Positions 10,414 to 19,419 of a stretch of 64,000 nt of DNA are shown one piece after another. Both the position numbers and the translations under genes were made by a program. Each line of letters opens with the position of its first letter. Positions within the stretch are counted from its first letter, which is position 1. The stretch covers positions 2,569 through 66,568 of the forward strand of contig NZ_CALAEQ010000049.1 of the NCBI RefSeq assembly GCF_937891065.1, read 5' to 3'. Source of the DNA: an uncultured Lutibacter sp. Its GTDB lineage: Bacteria > Bacteroidota > Bacteroidia > Flavobacteriales > Flavobacteriaceae. The notes under the pieces were generated by a model. That model searched no databases. It was given only the letters and a program-made list of their open reading frames with translations, and was not told the origin of the DNA.

Positions 10414-10503
10414 AAGTTAAAATTAACAAAAAAGACTGTCTAATCAAAGGACTTTGATGTCCAATAATCAGACAGCCTATTTAAGAGGCACAATTTAATA
10501 AAA

Positions 10504-11466
10504 TTATGCGTTATTTGCTTTAAATTCCTTTAACTTTTCAATTAATTTTGGAACTACTTCAAAAGCATCACCAACAATTCCATAATCTGCAGCTTTAAAG
10601 AATGGTGCTTCAGGGTCTGTATTGATAACAACTTTTACTTTTGATGAGTTAACACCTGCTAAATGTTGAATTGCACCAGAAATCCCTATTGCAACGTATA
10701 AATTTGAAGCCACAGGCTTACCAGTTTGTCCAACGTGTTCACTATGAGGTCTCCATCCTAAATCAGAAACAGGTTTAGAGCAGGCAGTGGCTGCGCCTAA
10801 AACTTCAGCTAATTCTTCAACCATTCCCCAATTTTCAGGCCCTTTTAAACCTCTACCGCCTGAAACTACAATATCTGCATCAGCAATAGTTACTTTTCCA
10901 GTGGTTTGTTCAATAGCTGTAGAACTAAGTTTACTTTCAATTATAGCAGGAGAATATTCTTCAATGCTTCCTGAAACTTCATTTTCAATTAATCCGTATG
11001 AATTTTTTGCTAATGAAATAACTTTAACAGGGGTTTTTAATACGGTGTTATTAAATGCTTTATTTGAAAAGGTTTTTCTTTTTACAGTGAATGGCGAAGT
11101 TGCACTTGGTAATGCTACAACATTTGTTGCGTAACCGGCATCTAAATTAACTGCAACATTTGGACCCATGTATAAACTATTTGAAGCTGAATCTAATATT
11201 ACAACTTGTGAGCCTTCTTTTTCAGCAGCTTGCTTAATAATGTTAGCGTATATTTTAACATTGAAAGTTTTTAATGCGTCATTTGAAACATTTAAAACTT
11301 TCTCTGCACCATAGGTGTATAATAATGTAGGGTCGTTTGAATTTATTGTTAATACAACAATAGTTGTTCCTAACTGCTCAGCAACTTTTTTTCCATAAGA
11401 TGTTACTTCAAAAGCAGATTTCTTAAATTTTCCTTCCGATGTTTCGGCAAAAACTAATACTGACAT
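10504..11466 (-). CDS. etfA: electron transfer flavoprotein subunit alpha
   Basis: 320 aa. The FAD-binding C-terminal region is VSGGRGL...YVAIGISGAIQHLAG. Confidence 0.9.
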   Translation of the reverse strand: MSVLVFAETSEGKFKKSAFEVTSYGKKVAEQLGTTIVVLTINSNDPTLLYTYGAEKVLNVSNDALKTFNVKIYANIIKQAAEKEGSQVVILDSASNSLYMGPNVAVNLDAGYATNVVALPSATSPFTVKRKTFSNKAFNNTVLKTPVKVISLAKNSYGLIENEVSGSIEEYSPAIIESKLSSTAIEQTTGKVTIADADIVVSGGRGLKGPENWGMVEELAEVLGAATACSKPVSDLGWRPHSEHVGQTGKPVASNLYVAIGISGAIQHLAGVNSSKVKVVINTDPEAPFFKAADYGIVGDAFEVVPKLIEKLKEFKANNA

Positions 11467-11519
11467 ATATTTTTTTTGTTAAATCGTTTATTTGTTAAGT
11501 TGATTCAATGTATTAATAA

Positions 11520-12260
11520 CTATATTACTTTAGCTTCGGTATGTAATAAACTAATAAGTTCATCTACATTATCAACTAATTTGCAAGCAGATTTAGCCGC
11601 TTGTTTTTCAAATGAAGTGATTGAAGTTGTTGGATTGCTATTTATTGGTTCAACAATAGTTAAAGGTTTTTGGCGAGCCATCATAATACCTCTCATATTT
11701 GGTATACGTAAATCTTTTTCTTGTACCAATCCTTTTTGACCAGCTATAATTAAAGGTAGATTAGAGGTGAGTGTTTCTTTTCCTCCATCAATCTCACGTG
11801 AAATAGTTGCCGTATCTCCTTCAATTTCAAGGCCAATACAAGCATTTACAAAACTAAAATCTAATAATGCAGCAAGCATTCCTGGAACCATTTCTCCATT
11901 ATAATCTATAGACTCTCTACCTGCTAATACTAAGTCATAACCTCCATTTTTAACAACTTCAGCTAATTCTCTAGCAACTGAAAAACCATCAATTGCTTCT
12001 GTATTTACTCTAATGGCATTATCAGCGCCAATAGCCAATGCTTTTCTTAAAGTAGGTTCTGTAGCAACAGTACCAACATTCACTACCGTTACAGTAGCAC
12101 CTTGTTTCTCTTTAAACCACATAGCTCTTGTAAGGGCAAATTCATCAAATGGGTTTATCACAAATTGCACGCCATTATTATCAAATTTAGTGTCATTTTC
12201 AGTGAAATTGATTTTTGAAGTAGTGTCTGGTACGTGACTAATACAAACTAATATTTTCAT
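11520..12260 (-). CDS. etfB: electron transfer flavoprotein subunit beta
   Basis: 246 aa starting MKILVCISHVPDTTSKI, adjacent to etfA. Confidence 0.9.
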   Translation of the reverse strand: MKILVCISHVPDTTSKINFTENDTKFDNNGVQFVINPFDEFALTRAMWFKEKQGATVTVVNVGTVATEPTLRKALAIGADNAIRVNTEAIDGFSVARELAEVVKNGGYDLVLAGRESIDYNGEMVPGMLAALLDFSFVNACIGLEIEGDTATISREIDGGKETLTSNLPLIIAGQKGLVQEKDLRIPNMRGIMMARQKPLTIVEPINSNPTTSITSFEKQAAKSACKLVDNVDELISLLHTEAKVI

Positions 12261-12409
12261 TTTATTATGTATTTATTAAATAATTTTGGTATAAAATTAA
12301 ACAGCTTTTTTAATTAATAAGACGAATATACTGTTTTTTTTTAATATGTTATGCGCGCATAGTATTTTTTATATCACATTATTATTTTGATTCTAATTTT
12401 AGAAATGCT

Positions 12410-12417
12410 TACTTTTG
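12410..12417 (+). promoter_or_regulatory. -7 promoter box (TACTTTTG) for pdhB
   Basis: Exact TAnnTTTG. It overlaps the TTG start proposed by the ORF track, which supports the ATG at 12439 as the real start. Confidence 0.4.
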
Positions 12418-12438
12418 CAAATCTTAAAATTAGACAAG

Positions 12439-13419
12439 ATGAAGACAATACAATTTAGAGAAGCTATTTGTGAAGCAATGAGTGAAGAAATGCGTAGGGA
12501 TGAAACTATTTTCTTAATAGGAGAAGAAGTTGCTGAATACAATGGTGCATACAAGGCTTCTAAAGGAATGTTAGATGAGTTTGGAGCAAAACGTGTAATT
12601 GATTCTCCAATTGCCGAATTAGGTTTTACGGGAATTGCAATTGGATCAGCTATGAATGGAAATAGACCAATTGTTGAGTTTATGACATTTAACTTTGCAT
12701 TAGTAGGTATTGATCAAATTATTAATAATGCAGCAAAAATCAGACAAATGTCTGGTGGGCAATTAAACTGTCCAATTGTTTTTAGAGGACCAACAGGATC
12801 TGCAGGTCAATTAGGAGCAACACATTCACAAGCTTTTGAAAACTGGTTTGCTAATACACCTGGATTAAAAGTAGTAGTTCCTTCAAATCCGTACGATGCA
12901 AAAGGATTATTAAAAGCCGCAATTAGAGATGATGATCCAGTAATTTTTATGGAATCGGAACAAATGTATGGTGATAAAATGGAAATTCCTGAAGGAGAAT
13001 ACATAATCCCTATTGGTGTTGCTGATATTAAAAGAGAAGGAACAGATGTAACTATTGTATCATTTGGAAAAATAATAAAAGAAGCATACAAAGCTGCTGA
13101 AATTTTAGAAGAAGAAGGAATTTCTGTTGAAATATTGGATATGCGAACGGTTAGACCAATGGATTTTGAAGCGATTTTTAAATCGGTTAAAAAAACCAAC
13201 AGATTGGTTATTTTAGAAGAAGCTTGGCCATTTGCTAGTGTTTCTTCTGAAATTACATTTCAAGTGCAAGAAAATGTATTTGATTATTTAGACGCTCCAA
13301 TTAGAAGAATTACTACAGCTGATACACCAGCACCATATTCACCAGTATTATTAGAAGAATGGTTACCAAACTTTAACGATGTTGTAAAAGCTGTTAAAGA
13401 CGTACTGTATAAAAAATAA
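12439..13419 (+). CDS. pdhB: pyruvate dehydrogenase E1 component subunit beta
   Basis: Transketolase-like Pyr and C-terminal domains (FLIGEEVAEYNGAYK, IDSPIAE). The start was moved from TTG 12415 to ATG 12439. Confidence 0.85.
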   Translation: MKTIQFREAICEAMSEEMRRDETIFLIGEEVAEYNGAYKASKGMLDEFGAKRVIDSPIAELGFTGIAIGSAMNGNRPIVEFMTFNFALVGIDQIINNAAKIRQMSGGQLNCPIVFRGPTGSAGQLGATHSQAFENWFANTPGLKVVVPSNPYDAKGLLKAAIRDDDPVIFMESEQMYGDKMEIPEGEYIIPIGVADIKREGTDVTIVSFGKIIKEAYKAAEILEEEGISVEILDMRTVRPMDFEAIFKSVKKTNRLVILEEAWPFASVSSEITFQVQENVFDYLDAPIRRITTADTPAPYSPVLLEEWLPNFNDVVKAVKDVLYKK

Positions 13420-13478
13420 AGGCATAATATTTGCGTTATAAACTCCTTTCAAGATAAACCTTGGAAGGATTTTTTATT

Positions 13479-15974
13479 ATGAAAAGAAAAAATAAATTAG
13501 TCACTTTACTGTTATTGTTTATAATATCTGCAAGTTTTTCGCAGGTAAAAATTAGTGGTGTTGTTAAAGATGAAGCAAATGAAACTATTCCATTTGCGAA
13601 TATCATTTTTGTTAATTCAACAATAGGAACAGTTTCAGATGAATACGGAAAATTCTACTTAGAATCAGATAATACTTTTACGCAAGTTGAAGTTTCATTT
13701 TTAGGTTACGAAACTAAAATTATTCCTATAAAAAGCAGAGATTTTAATTTAGTAATTACCCTAATTGAAGAAGCTTCTAAATTAGATGAAGTGTTTATTT
13801 ATAGTGGGAAAGTTAAGAAAAAAGGAAATCCAGCAATAGCAATTCTAAAAAAGATTTGGGAAAAGAAGCGTGAAAACGGTATTTATTTATTCGATCAATA
13901 TCAATACGAGAAATACGAAAAATTAGAGTTCGATCTAAATAATGTAGATAGTGCTATGAAAAAAAGCAAATTCTTTAAAGGAATGGAGTTTGTTTTTGAG
14001 GGTATTGATACATCTCGAATTACAGGAAAAGCTTTTTTGCCAATTTTTATAAATGAATCTGTTTATAAATCGTATGGTAAAAATAAAGATGGAAAAAGCT
14101 TTCGAGAAGATTTAATTGCCAATAAAAATTCTGGTTTTGAATCCAATCAAAATGTAATTGCATTTATAAAAGATTTATATGTAGACTATAATATTTATGA
14201 TAGTTATATTAAAATTTTCGATAAAAGTTTTGTAAGCCCAATTTCAAAAGCAGCAGGAATTTCAACCTATAACTATATATTAAGAGATAGTGCCTTTATT
14301 GATAATAAATGGTGTTACAATATTTTATATTATCCTCGCAGAAAAAATGAATTAACTTTTAAAGGTGATTTTTGGGTGAATGATACCACGTTTGCAGTGA
14401 AAGAAATTAATATGCAAGCCAATCGGAGTGCCAATATTAACTGGGTAAAAGATATTTATATTGAACAAGAATTTGATGTATTAAATGATTCAGTGTTTTT
14501 ATTGAAGCGAGATTATATGTTGTCAGATTTTAGCTTTAAAAAGAAAGAAAAAGCAAAAGGAATGTACGGTAGAAGAACTACTATGTACAAAAATTATGAT
14601 TTTAACAAAGAGAAAGAATCTAAATTTTACACAAAAGATATAAATGTTTATGATAAAGAAATTTATAATAAAACAGATGATTATTGGGGTGTAAATAGGC
14701 AAGAACAATTAAACAAAAATGAAGAAGGTATTTATAAGATGTTAGATACTTTAAAAACAGTTCCAAAATTTAAGCAAATTTATAATTTAGTTTCTATTTT
14801 AGGTTCTGGTTATATTGAGTTTAATAAGTTCGATTTTGGTGATGTTTTTTCAACTTTCGGAAAAAATGATGTTGAAGGATGGAGGTTACGAGTTGGAGGT
14901 AGAACATTTTTAGGAGGAAATGAACCTTGGCGTTTGCAAGGATATACAGCTTATGGTTTTAAAGACGATAAGTTTAAATATGGCTTATCAGGTAAATGGA
15001 TGTTAGATCCAAAGAGCAGATTTATAATTGGTGGAGGGAATAGAAGAGATGTAGAACAAATAGGAGTAAGTTTAACAACTACAAATGATGTTTTAGGAAG
15101 AAGTTTCGCATCATCATCCTTGTTTTCAAGTGGAGATAATAGTAAGCTTACTTCCATAAATTTGTCGAATGTATTTATGTCTATTGAACCTAAAAAGAAT
15201 TTAGATTTTAGAATAGGAGCGTCTTTTAGAACGCTAGAATCTGCTTCTCCTGAAACATTTAATTTAGATTATTGGATAGATAAAGATAGTAACATTAAAA
15301 AATCGGATGTAATTCAATCTGAAATTGATTTTTCTATAAGATATAGGCCAAATAGAAAAACAATTGGGTATGGTGTTGAACGAAATGAAGTTACAGATAC
15401 ATATTCTACATTGTTTTTAAACTATTCAAGAGGAATAAAAGATGTATTTAATAGTGATTTTGAGTATGAAAAGGTTCAGTTTTTTTATCGCCAGCCAATA
15501 TTAATTGGAGGTTTTGGTAGAATGTTTACCACTTTTGAAGTAGGGAAAACATTTGGAGAAGTACCTTTAGGATTGTTAAGTGTTGTACCAGGAAATCAAT
15601 CGTATTTCACCATTGAAAACACTTATTCATTATTAGATTACTACGAGTTTGTAACTGATACTTATGCATCACTTCATATTGAGCATAATTTTAATGGAAG
15701 ATTTTTATCGAGAATACCATTATTAAGAAAATTGAATTTGCGTGAAATAGTGGGTGTTAAAGTTTTATGGGGAGATATTTCAGATAAAAACATAGCTTTA
15801 AATGCATCAAACATAAATTATATTGCGCCAACTAAAGGATATTATGAATACAATGTTGGAATAGGAAATATTTTTAAAGTTTTTAGAATAGATTTTAGCT
15901 GGAGAGGTAATTATAGAGATACATCAAACGCAACTAATTTTGCTATAAAAGGAGCTTTCGGGTTTCATTTTTAA
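13479..15974 (+). CDS. DUF5686 / carboxypeptidase-regulatory-like domain outer membrane protein
   Basis: Signal peptide, an N-terminal CarboxypepD_reg segment (ISGVVKDEANETIPFANI) and a long beta-rich body ending in F. The start is taken at ATG 13479. Confidence 0.7.
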   Translation: MKRKNKLVTLLLLFIISASFSQVKISGVVKDEANETIPFANIIFVNSTIGTVSDEYGKFYLESDNTFTQVEVSFLGYETKIIPIKSRDFNLVITLIEEASKLDEVFIYSGKVKKKGNPAIAILKKIWEKKRENGIYLFDQYQYEKYEKLEFDLNNVDSAMKKSKFFKGMEFVFEGIDTSRITGKAFLPIFINESVYKSYGKNKDGKSFREDLIANKNSGFESNQNVIAFIKDLYVDYNIYDSYIKIFDKSFVSPISKAAGISTYNYILRDSAFIDNKWCYNILYYPRRKNELTFKGDFWVNDTTFAVKEINMQANRSANINWVKDIYIEQEFDVLNDSVFLLKRDYMLSDFSFKKKEKAKGMYGRRTTMYKNYDFNKEKESKFYTKDINVYDKEIYNKTDDYWGVNRQEQLNKNEEGIYKMLDTLKTVPKFKQIYNLVSILGSGYIEFNKFDFGDVFSTFGKNDVEGWRLRVGGRTFLGGNEPWRLQGYTAYGFKDDKFKYGLSGKWMLDPKSRFIIGGGNRRDVEQIGVSLTTTNDVLGRSFASSSLFSSGDNSKLTSINLSNVFMSIEPKKNLDFRIGASFRTLESASPETFNLDYWIDKDSNIKKSDVIQSEIDFSIRYRPNRKTIGYGVERNEVTDTYSTLFLNYSRGIKDVFNSDFEYEKVQFFYRQPILIGGFGRMFTTFEVGKTFGEVPLGLLSVVPGNQSYFTIENTYSLLDYYEFVTDTYASLHIEHNFNGRFLSRIPLLRKLNLREIVGVKVLWGDISDKNIALNASNINYIAPTKGYYEYNVGIGNIFKVFRIDFSWRGNYRDTSNATNFAIKGAFGFHF

Positions 15975-16013
15975 AATTCCATGATATTTATAAGCTTTAC
16001 TTAATGAATTTTG

Positions 16014-16021
16014 TACTTTTG
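16014..16021 (+). promoter_or_regulatory. -7 promoter box (TACTTTTG) for ppa
   Basis: Exact TAnnTTTG, 22 nt upstream of the ATG at 16043. Confidence 0.4.
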
Positions 16022-16042
16022 CTTTAAGAAAAACTAAAAAGA

Positions 16043-16576
16043 ATGACTGCTAAGAATAAAAAATTATTAACATTTGATGTATTAATAGAAATACCAAAAG
16101 GAAGTAGAAACAAGTATGAATATGATTTTACATTACATAAAATTAGATTTGATAGAATGTTATTTTCTTCTATGATGTATCCAGGAGATTATGGATTTAT
16201 ACCTGAAACTCTTGCGTTAGATCAAGATCCATTAGATGTGTTGGTATTAGGTTCTGAACCTACTTTTCCAATGGTAGTTATGGAGGTTAGACCAATTGGT
16301 GTTTTTCATATGACAGATGAAAAAGGGCCTGATGAAAAAATTATTTGTGTACCAGTTTCAGATCCTATTTGGAATAATAGAAAAGATATTACAGATTTAA
16401 ATCCACACAGGTTAAAAGAAATTGAACACTTTTTTCAAGTTTATAAAGATTTGGAAGAAAAGAAAGTTGATGTTGGTGGTTGGGGAAATGCAGAAGAAGC
16501 AGTTAAAATTTATCATGAGTGTGTTGAAAGATATGAAAATAGCGATCACAAGAAGAAAAGAACGTTTACAATATAA
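16043..16576 (+). CDS. ppa: inorganic pyrophosphatase, soluble family I
   Basis: 177 aa with IEIPKGSRNKYEYD, YPGDYGFIP and DPLDVLVL motifs. Confidence 0.95.
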   Translation: MTAKNKKLLTFDVLIEIPKGSRNKYEYDFTLHKIRFDRMLFSSMMYPGDYGFIPETLALDQDPLDVLVLGSEPTFPMVVMEVRPIGVFHMTDEKGPDEKIICVPVSDPIWNNRKDITDLNPHRLKEIEHFFQVYKDLEEKKVDVGGWGNAEEAVKIYHECVERYENSDHKKKRTFTI

Positions 16577-16591
16577 CAATTACAATTTTTT

Positions 16592-16627
16592 AAAAAAAAC
16601 CTTTCAGAAATGAAAGGTTTTTTTTTG
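16592..16627 (+). terminator. intrinsic terminator after ppa
   Basis: cctttca-gaaa-tgaaagg stem-loop flanked by an A-run and a 10-nt T-run. Confidence 0.75.
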
Positions 16628-16707
16628 GATAAAAATCTTGCGAAAACGTTTGAAATAACTATTTTTAGCTCCGTTAAAAAAAACTAACTAACTAATTAAA
16701 ATTAAAA

Positions 16708-19131
16708 ATGGAGATAATCGTGAATTATTTACCCTTGTTTGGAGTATTGGGTCTTTTGTTTGTATATGTGAAAAATACATGGGTTACAAAACAAGACAAG
16801 GGAAATGAGAAAATGTCAAAAATCGCAAAACACATTGCTGACGGAGCAATGTCTTTTTTAAAAGCTGAGTATAAAATACTTTTTATATTTATAGTTGGAG
16901 TTGCAATCTTATTATTTTTTAAAGGAGTTGATGAATATGGAGACGAAAATAGTGTTCATATTTCTCATGGGATGGTTGCTTTTTCTTTTATTGTTGGTGC
17001 AATCTGTTCTGGTTTAGCAGGTTTCATCGGAATGAGAGCAGCTACAAAAGCAAATGTAAGAACTACACAAGCAGCAAGAACATCATTAGAAAAAGCCTTA
17101 GAAGTTGCTTTTGCGGGAGGCTCAGTTATGGGTATGGGTGTTGTTGGTTTAGGTGTTTTAGGTTTGAGTGGATTGTTTATGGTTTACCAATATATGTGGC
17201 CAGGGACTGAGAATATACCAATGGTATTAAATGTGCTTTCAGGTTTTTCATTAGGAGCTTCATCAATCGCTTTATTTGCACGTGTGGGTGGAGGTATTTA
17301 TACAAAAGCTGCTGATGTTGGAGCAGATTTAGTTGGTAAAGTTGAAGCCGGTATCCCTGAAGATCATCCATTAAACCCTGCAACAATTGCGGATAATGTT
17401 GGAGATAATGTTGGAGATGTTGCGGGTATGGGGGCTGATTTATTTGAATCATATGTTGGTTCAATTATTGGTACTATGGTTTTAGGAGCTTTTATATTCA
17501 CTCCAAATTTTAATGGTTTAGGAGCTGTTTATTTACCTTTGGTTCTTGCAGCTGTAGGTATTATAATGTCAATTATAGGTACTTTTTTTGTAAAAGTAAA
17601 AGAAGGAGGTTCACCGCATAAAGCATTAAATTTAGGAGAATTTGGGTCAGGCGCTTTAATGATTGTAGCTTCCTATTTTATAATAAATGAAATGTTACCA
17701 GAATCTATAGAAGGTTTGCCGTTTGGAGCAATGGGTGTTTTTTATGCAACATTAACAGGTTTAATTGCAGGTTTTTGTGTTGGTAAAGCAACGGAATATT
17801 ATACAGGAACAGGAACCAAGCCAGTACTGTCAATTGTAAAACAATCTGAAACAGGCTCAGCCACTAATATTATTGCTGGTTTAGGTGTAGGAATGATGTC
17901 AACAATGTTTCCAGTACTTTTAATCGCTATTGCAATTATAGTGTCACATCACTTTGCAGGTTTATATGGTATTGCTATTGCTGCTGTTGGTATGTTAGCA
18001 AATACGGGTATTCAATTAGCTGTAGATGCGTATGGACCAATATCTGATAATGCTGGTGGGATTGCTCAAATGGCTGACTTGCCAAGTGAAGTTCGTGAAC
18101 GAACAGATAAATTAGATGCTGTTGGTAATACAACCGCTGCAATAGGTAAAGGATTTGCAATTGCATCTGCAGCATTAACTGCACTTGCCTTATTTGCAGC
18201 TTTTATGAAAACGGCAAATGTAACTTCAATTGATGTTTCTCAACCAAAAATTATGGCTGGTTTATTAGTGGGAGGAATGTTGCCATTTGTTTTTTCAGCC
18301 TTATCAATGAAAGCAGTTGGTAGAGCTGCAATGGCAATGATTGAAGAAGTTCGTCGTCAGTTTAGAGATATTCCACAACTTCATGCCGCACTTGAAGTAA
18401 TGAGAAAACATGATTCAGATAAATCTAATTTTTCTAAAGAAGAACTAGCTATTTTTGATGAAGCTGATGGATATGTTGAATATGAAAAATGTGTTGAAAT
18501 ATCTACAGAAGCTTCAATTAAAGAAATGGTATTACCGGGATTATTAGCTTTAGTTGTACCAGTTGCTGTTGGGTTTATTGGAGGAGCTGAAATGTTAGGA
18601 GGTTTATTAGCCGGTGTAACAACAACAGGTGTTGTAATGGCAATTTTTCAATCTAATGCAGGAGGTGCTTGGGATAATGCCAAAAAAATGATTGAAGAAC
18701 AAGGTAAAAAAGGAACAGAAGCACACAAAGCAGCTGTTGTAGGAGATACAGTTGGAGACCCTTTTAAAGATACTTCAGGACCATCATTAAACATATTATT
18801 AAAATTAATGTCTGTTGTTGCATTGGTTATTGCACCTAGTATTGCATTAGATGCTGTTGAGGTTGCTAATTATTCAAATGAAAAGGCAGCTATTGAAGTT
18901 GTTGCTAAAGAAATCTTTAAAGATGTAAAAGTTGAAATGACGAAAAATGATGATGGAACTGTGAAAGCAACTGTAACAACTACCACAACTGAAAATGGCG
19001 AAGTTTTAATAGATGTGAAAATCATTGAAGGAACTGAAGAAGAAGTAAAAACTCAACTAGGAACATTAAAGGAAACTATTGTTAAAATTGAAAAAATTAA
19101 TAAAGAAAAAATTATAGATAAGAATTCTTAA
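16708..19131 (+). CDS. hppA: membrane-bound ion-translocating pyrophosphatase, K+-dependent type, with C-terminal extension
   Basis: [29 protein letters not shown] and [13 protein letters not shown] motifs (Ala at the K+-dependence position). A 94-aa hydrophilic tail follows the last TM helix. Confidence 0.9.
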   Translation: MEIIVNYLPLFGVLGLLFVYVKNTWVTKQDKGNEKMSKIAKHIADGAMSFLKAEYKILFIFIVGVAILLFFKGVDEYGDENSVHISHGMVAFSFIVGAICSGLAGFIGMRAATKANVRTTQAARTSLEKALEVAFAGGSVMGMGVVGLGVLGLSGLFMVYQYMWPGTENIPMVLNVLSGFSLGASSIALFARVGGGIYTKAADVGADLVGKVEAGIPEDHPLNPATIADNVGDNVGDVAGMGADLFESYVGSIIGTMVLGAFIFTPNFNGLGAVYLPLVLAAVGIIMSIIGTFFVKVKEGGSPHKALNLGEFGSGALMIVASYFIINEMLPESIEGLPFGAMGVFYATLTGLIAGFCVGKATEYYTGTGTKPVLSIVKQSETGSATNIIAGLGVGMMSTMFPVLLIAIAIIVSHHFAGLYGIAIAAVGMLANTGIQLAVDAYGPISDNAGGIAQMADLPSEVRERTDKLDAVGNTTAAIGKGFAIASAALTALALFAAFMKTANVTSIDVSQPKIMAGLLVGGMLPFVFSALSMKAVGRAAMAMIEEVRRQFRDIPQLHAALEVMRKHDSDKSNFSKEELAIFDEADGYVEYEKCVEISTEASIKEMVLPGLLALVVPVAVGFIGGAEMLGGLLAGVTTTGVVMAIFQSNAGGAWDNAKKMIEEQGKKGTEAHKAAVVGDTVGDPFKDTSGPSLNILLKLMSVVALVIAPSIALDAVEVANYSNEKAAIEVVAKEIFKDVKVEMTKNDDGTVKATVTTTTTENGEVLIDVKIIEGTEEEVKTQLGTLKETIVKIEKINKEKIIDKNS

Positions 19132-19157
19132 AATAGGAATTCATCTATTTTCAATAT

Positions 19158-19186
19158 AAAATGCTCGCTGTTTGCGAGCATTTTTG
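19158..19186 (+). terminator. intrinsic terminator after hppA
   Basis: atgctcgc-tgttt-gcgagcat stem-loop followed by TTTT. Confidence 0.7.
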
Positions 19187-19419
19187 TTAAAAAAGAGAAA
19201 TGTTATATTTATTACAAATAGCTTTGTGAAAAATAATTAGTTGTTTAATATTAAATTTTTATATTTATACAATATTAACGACTAAATGGTATTATTTAAA
19301 ATGGAGTATTTTAGTAATCTAATTTTAACTAGAGAAAATACAAATACTTATTTTAATATTTTTAATTCCAACGTCTACCTGCCTTTAAAATCAATCACTA
19401 ATCTTTATCTATATAACAA

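Noticed and set aside
17177-18184. Gln/His/Leu-rich antisense ORFs inside hppA (17177-17464 and 17975-18184) that look like unusual repetitive proteins.
   Set aside because: They are the reverse-frame image of the Gly/Ala/Val-rich TM helices of the pyrophosphatase. The sense-strand gene is unambiguous.
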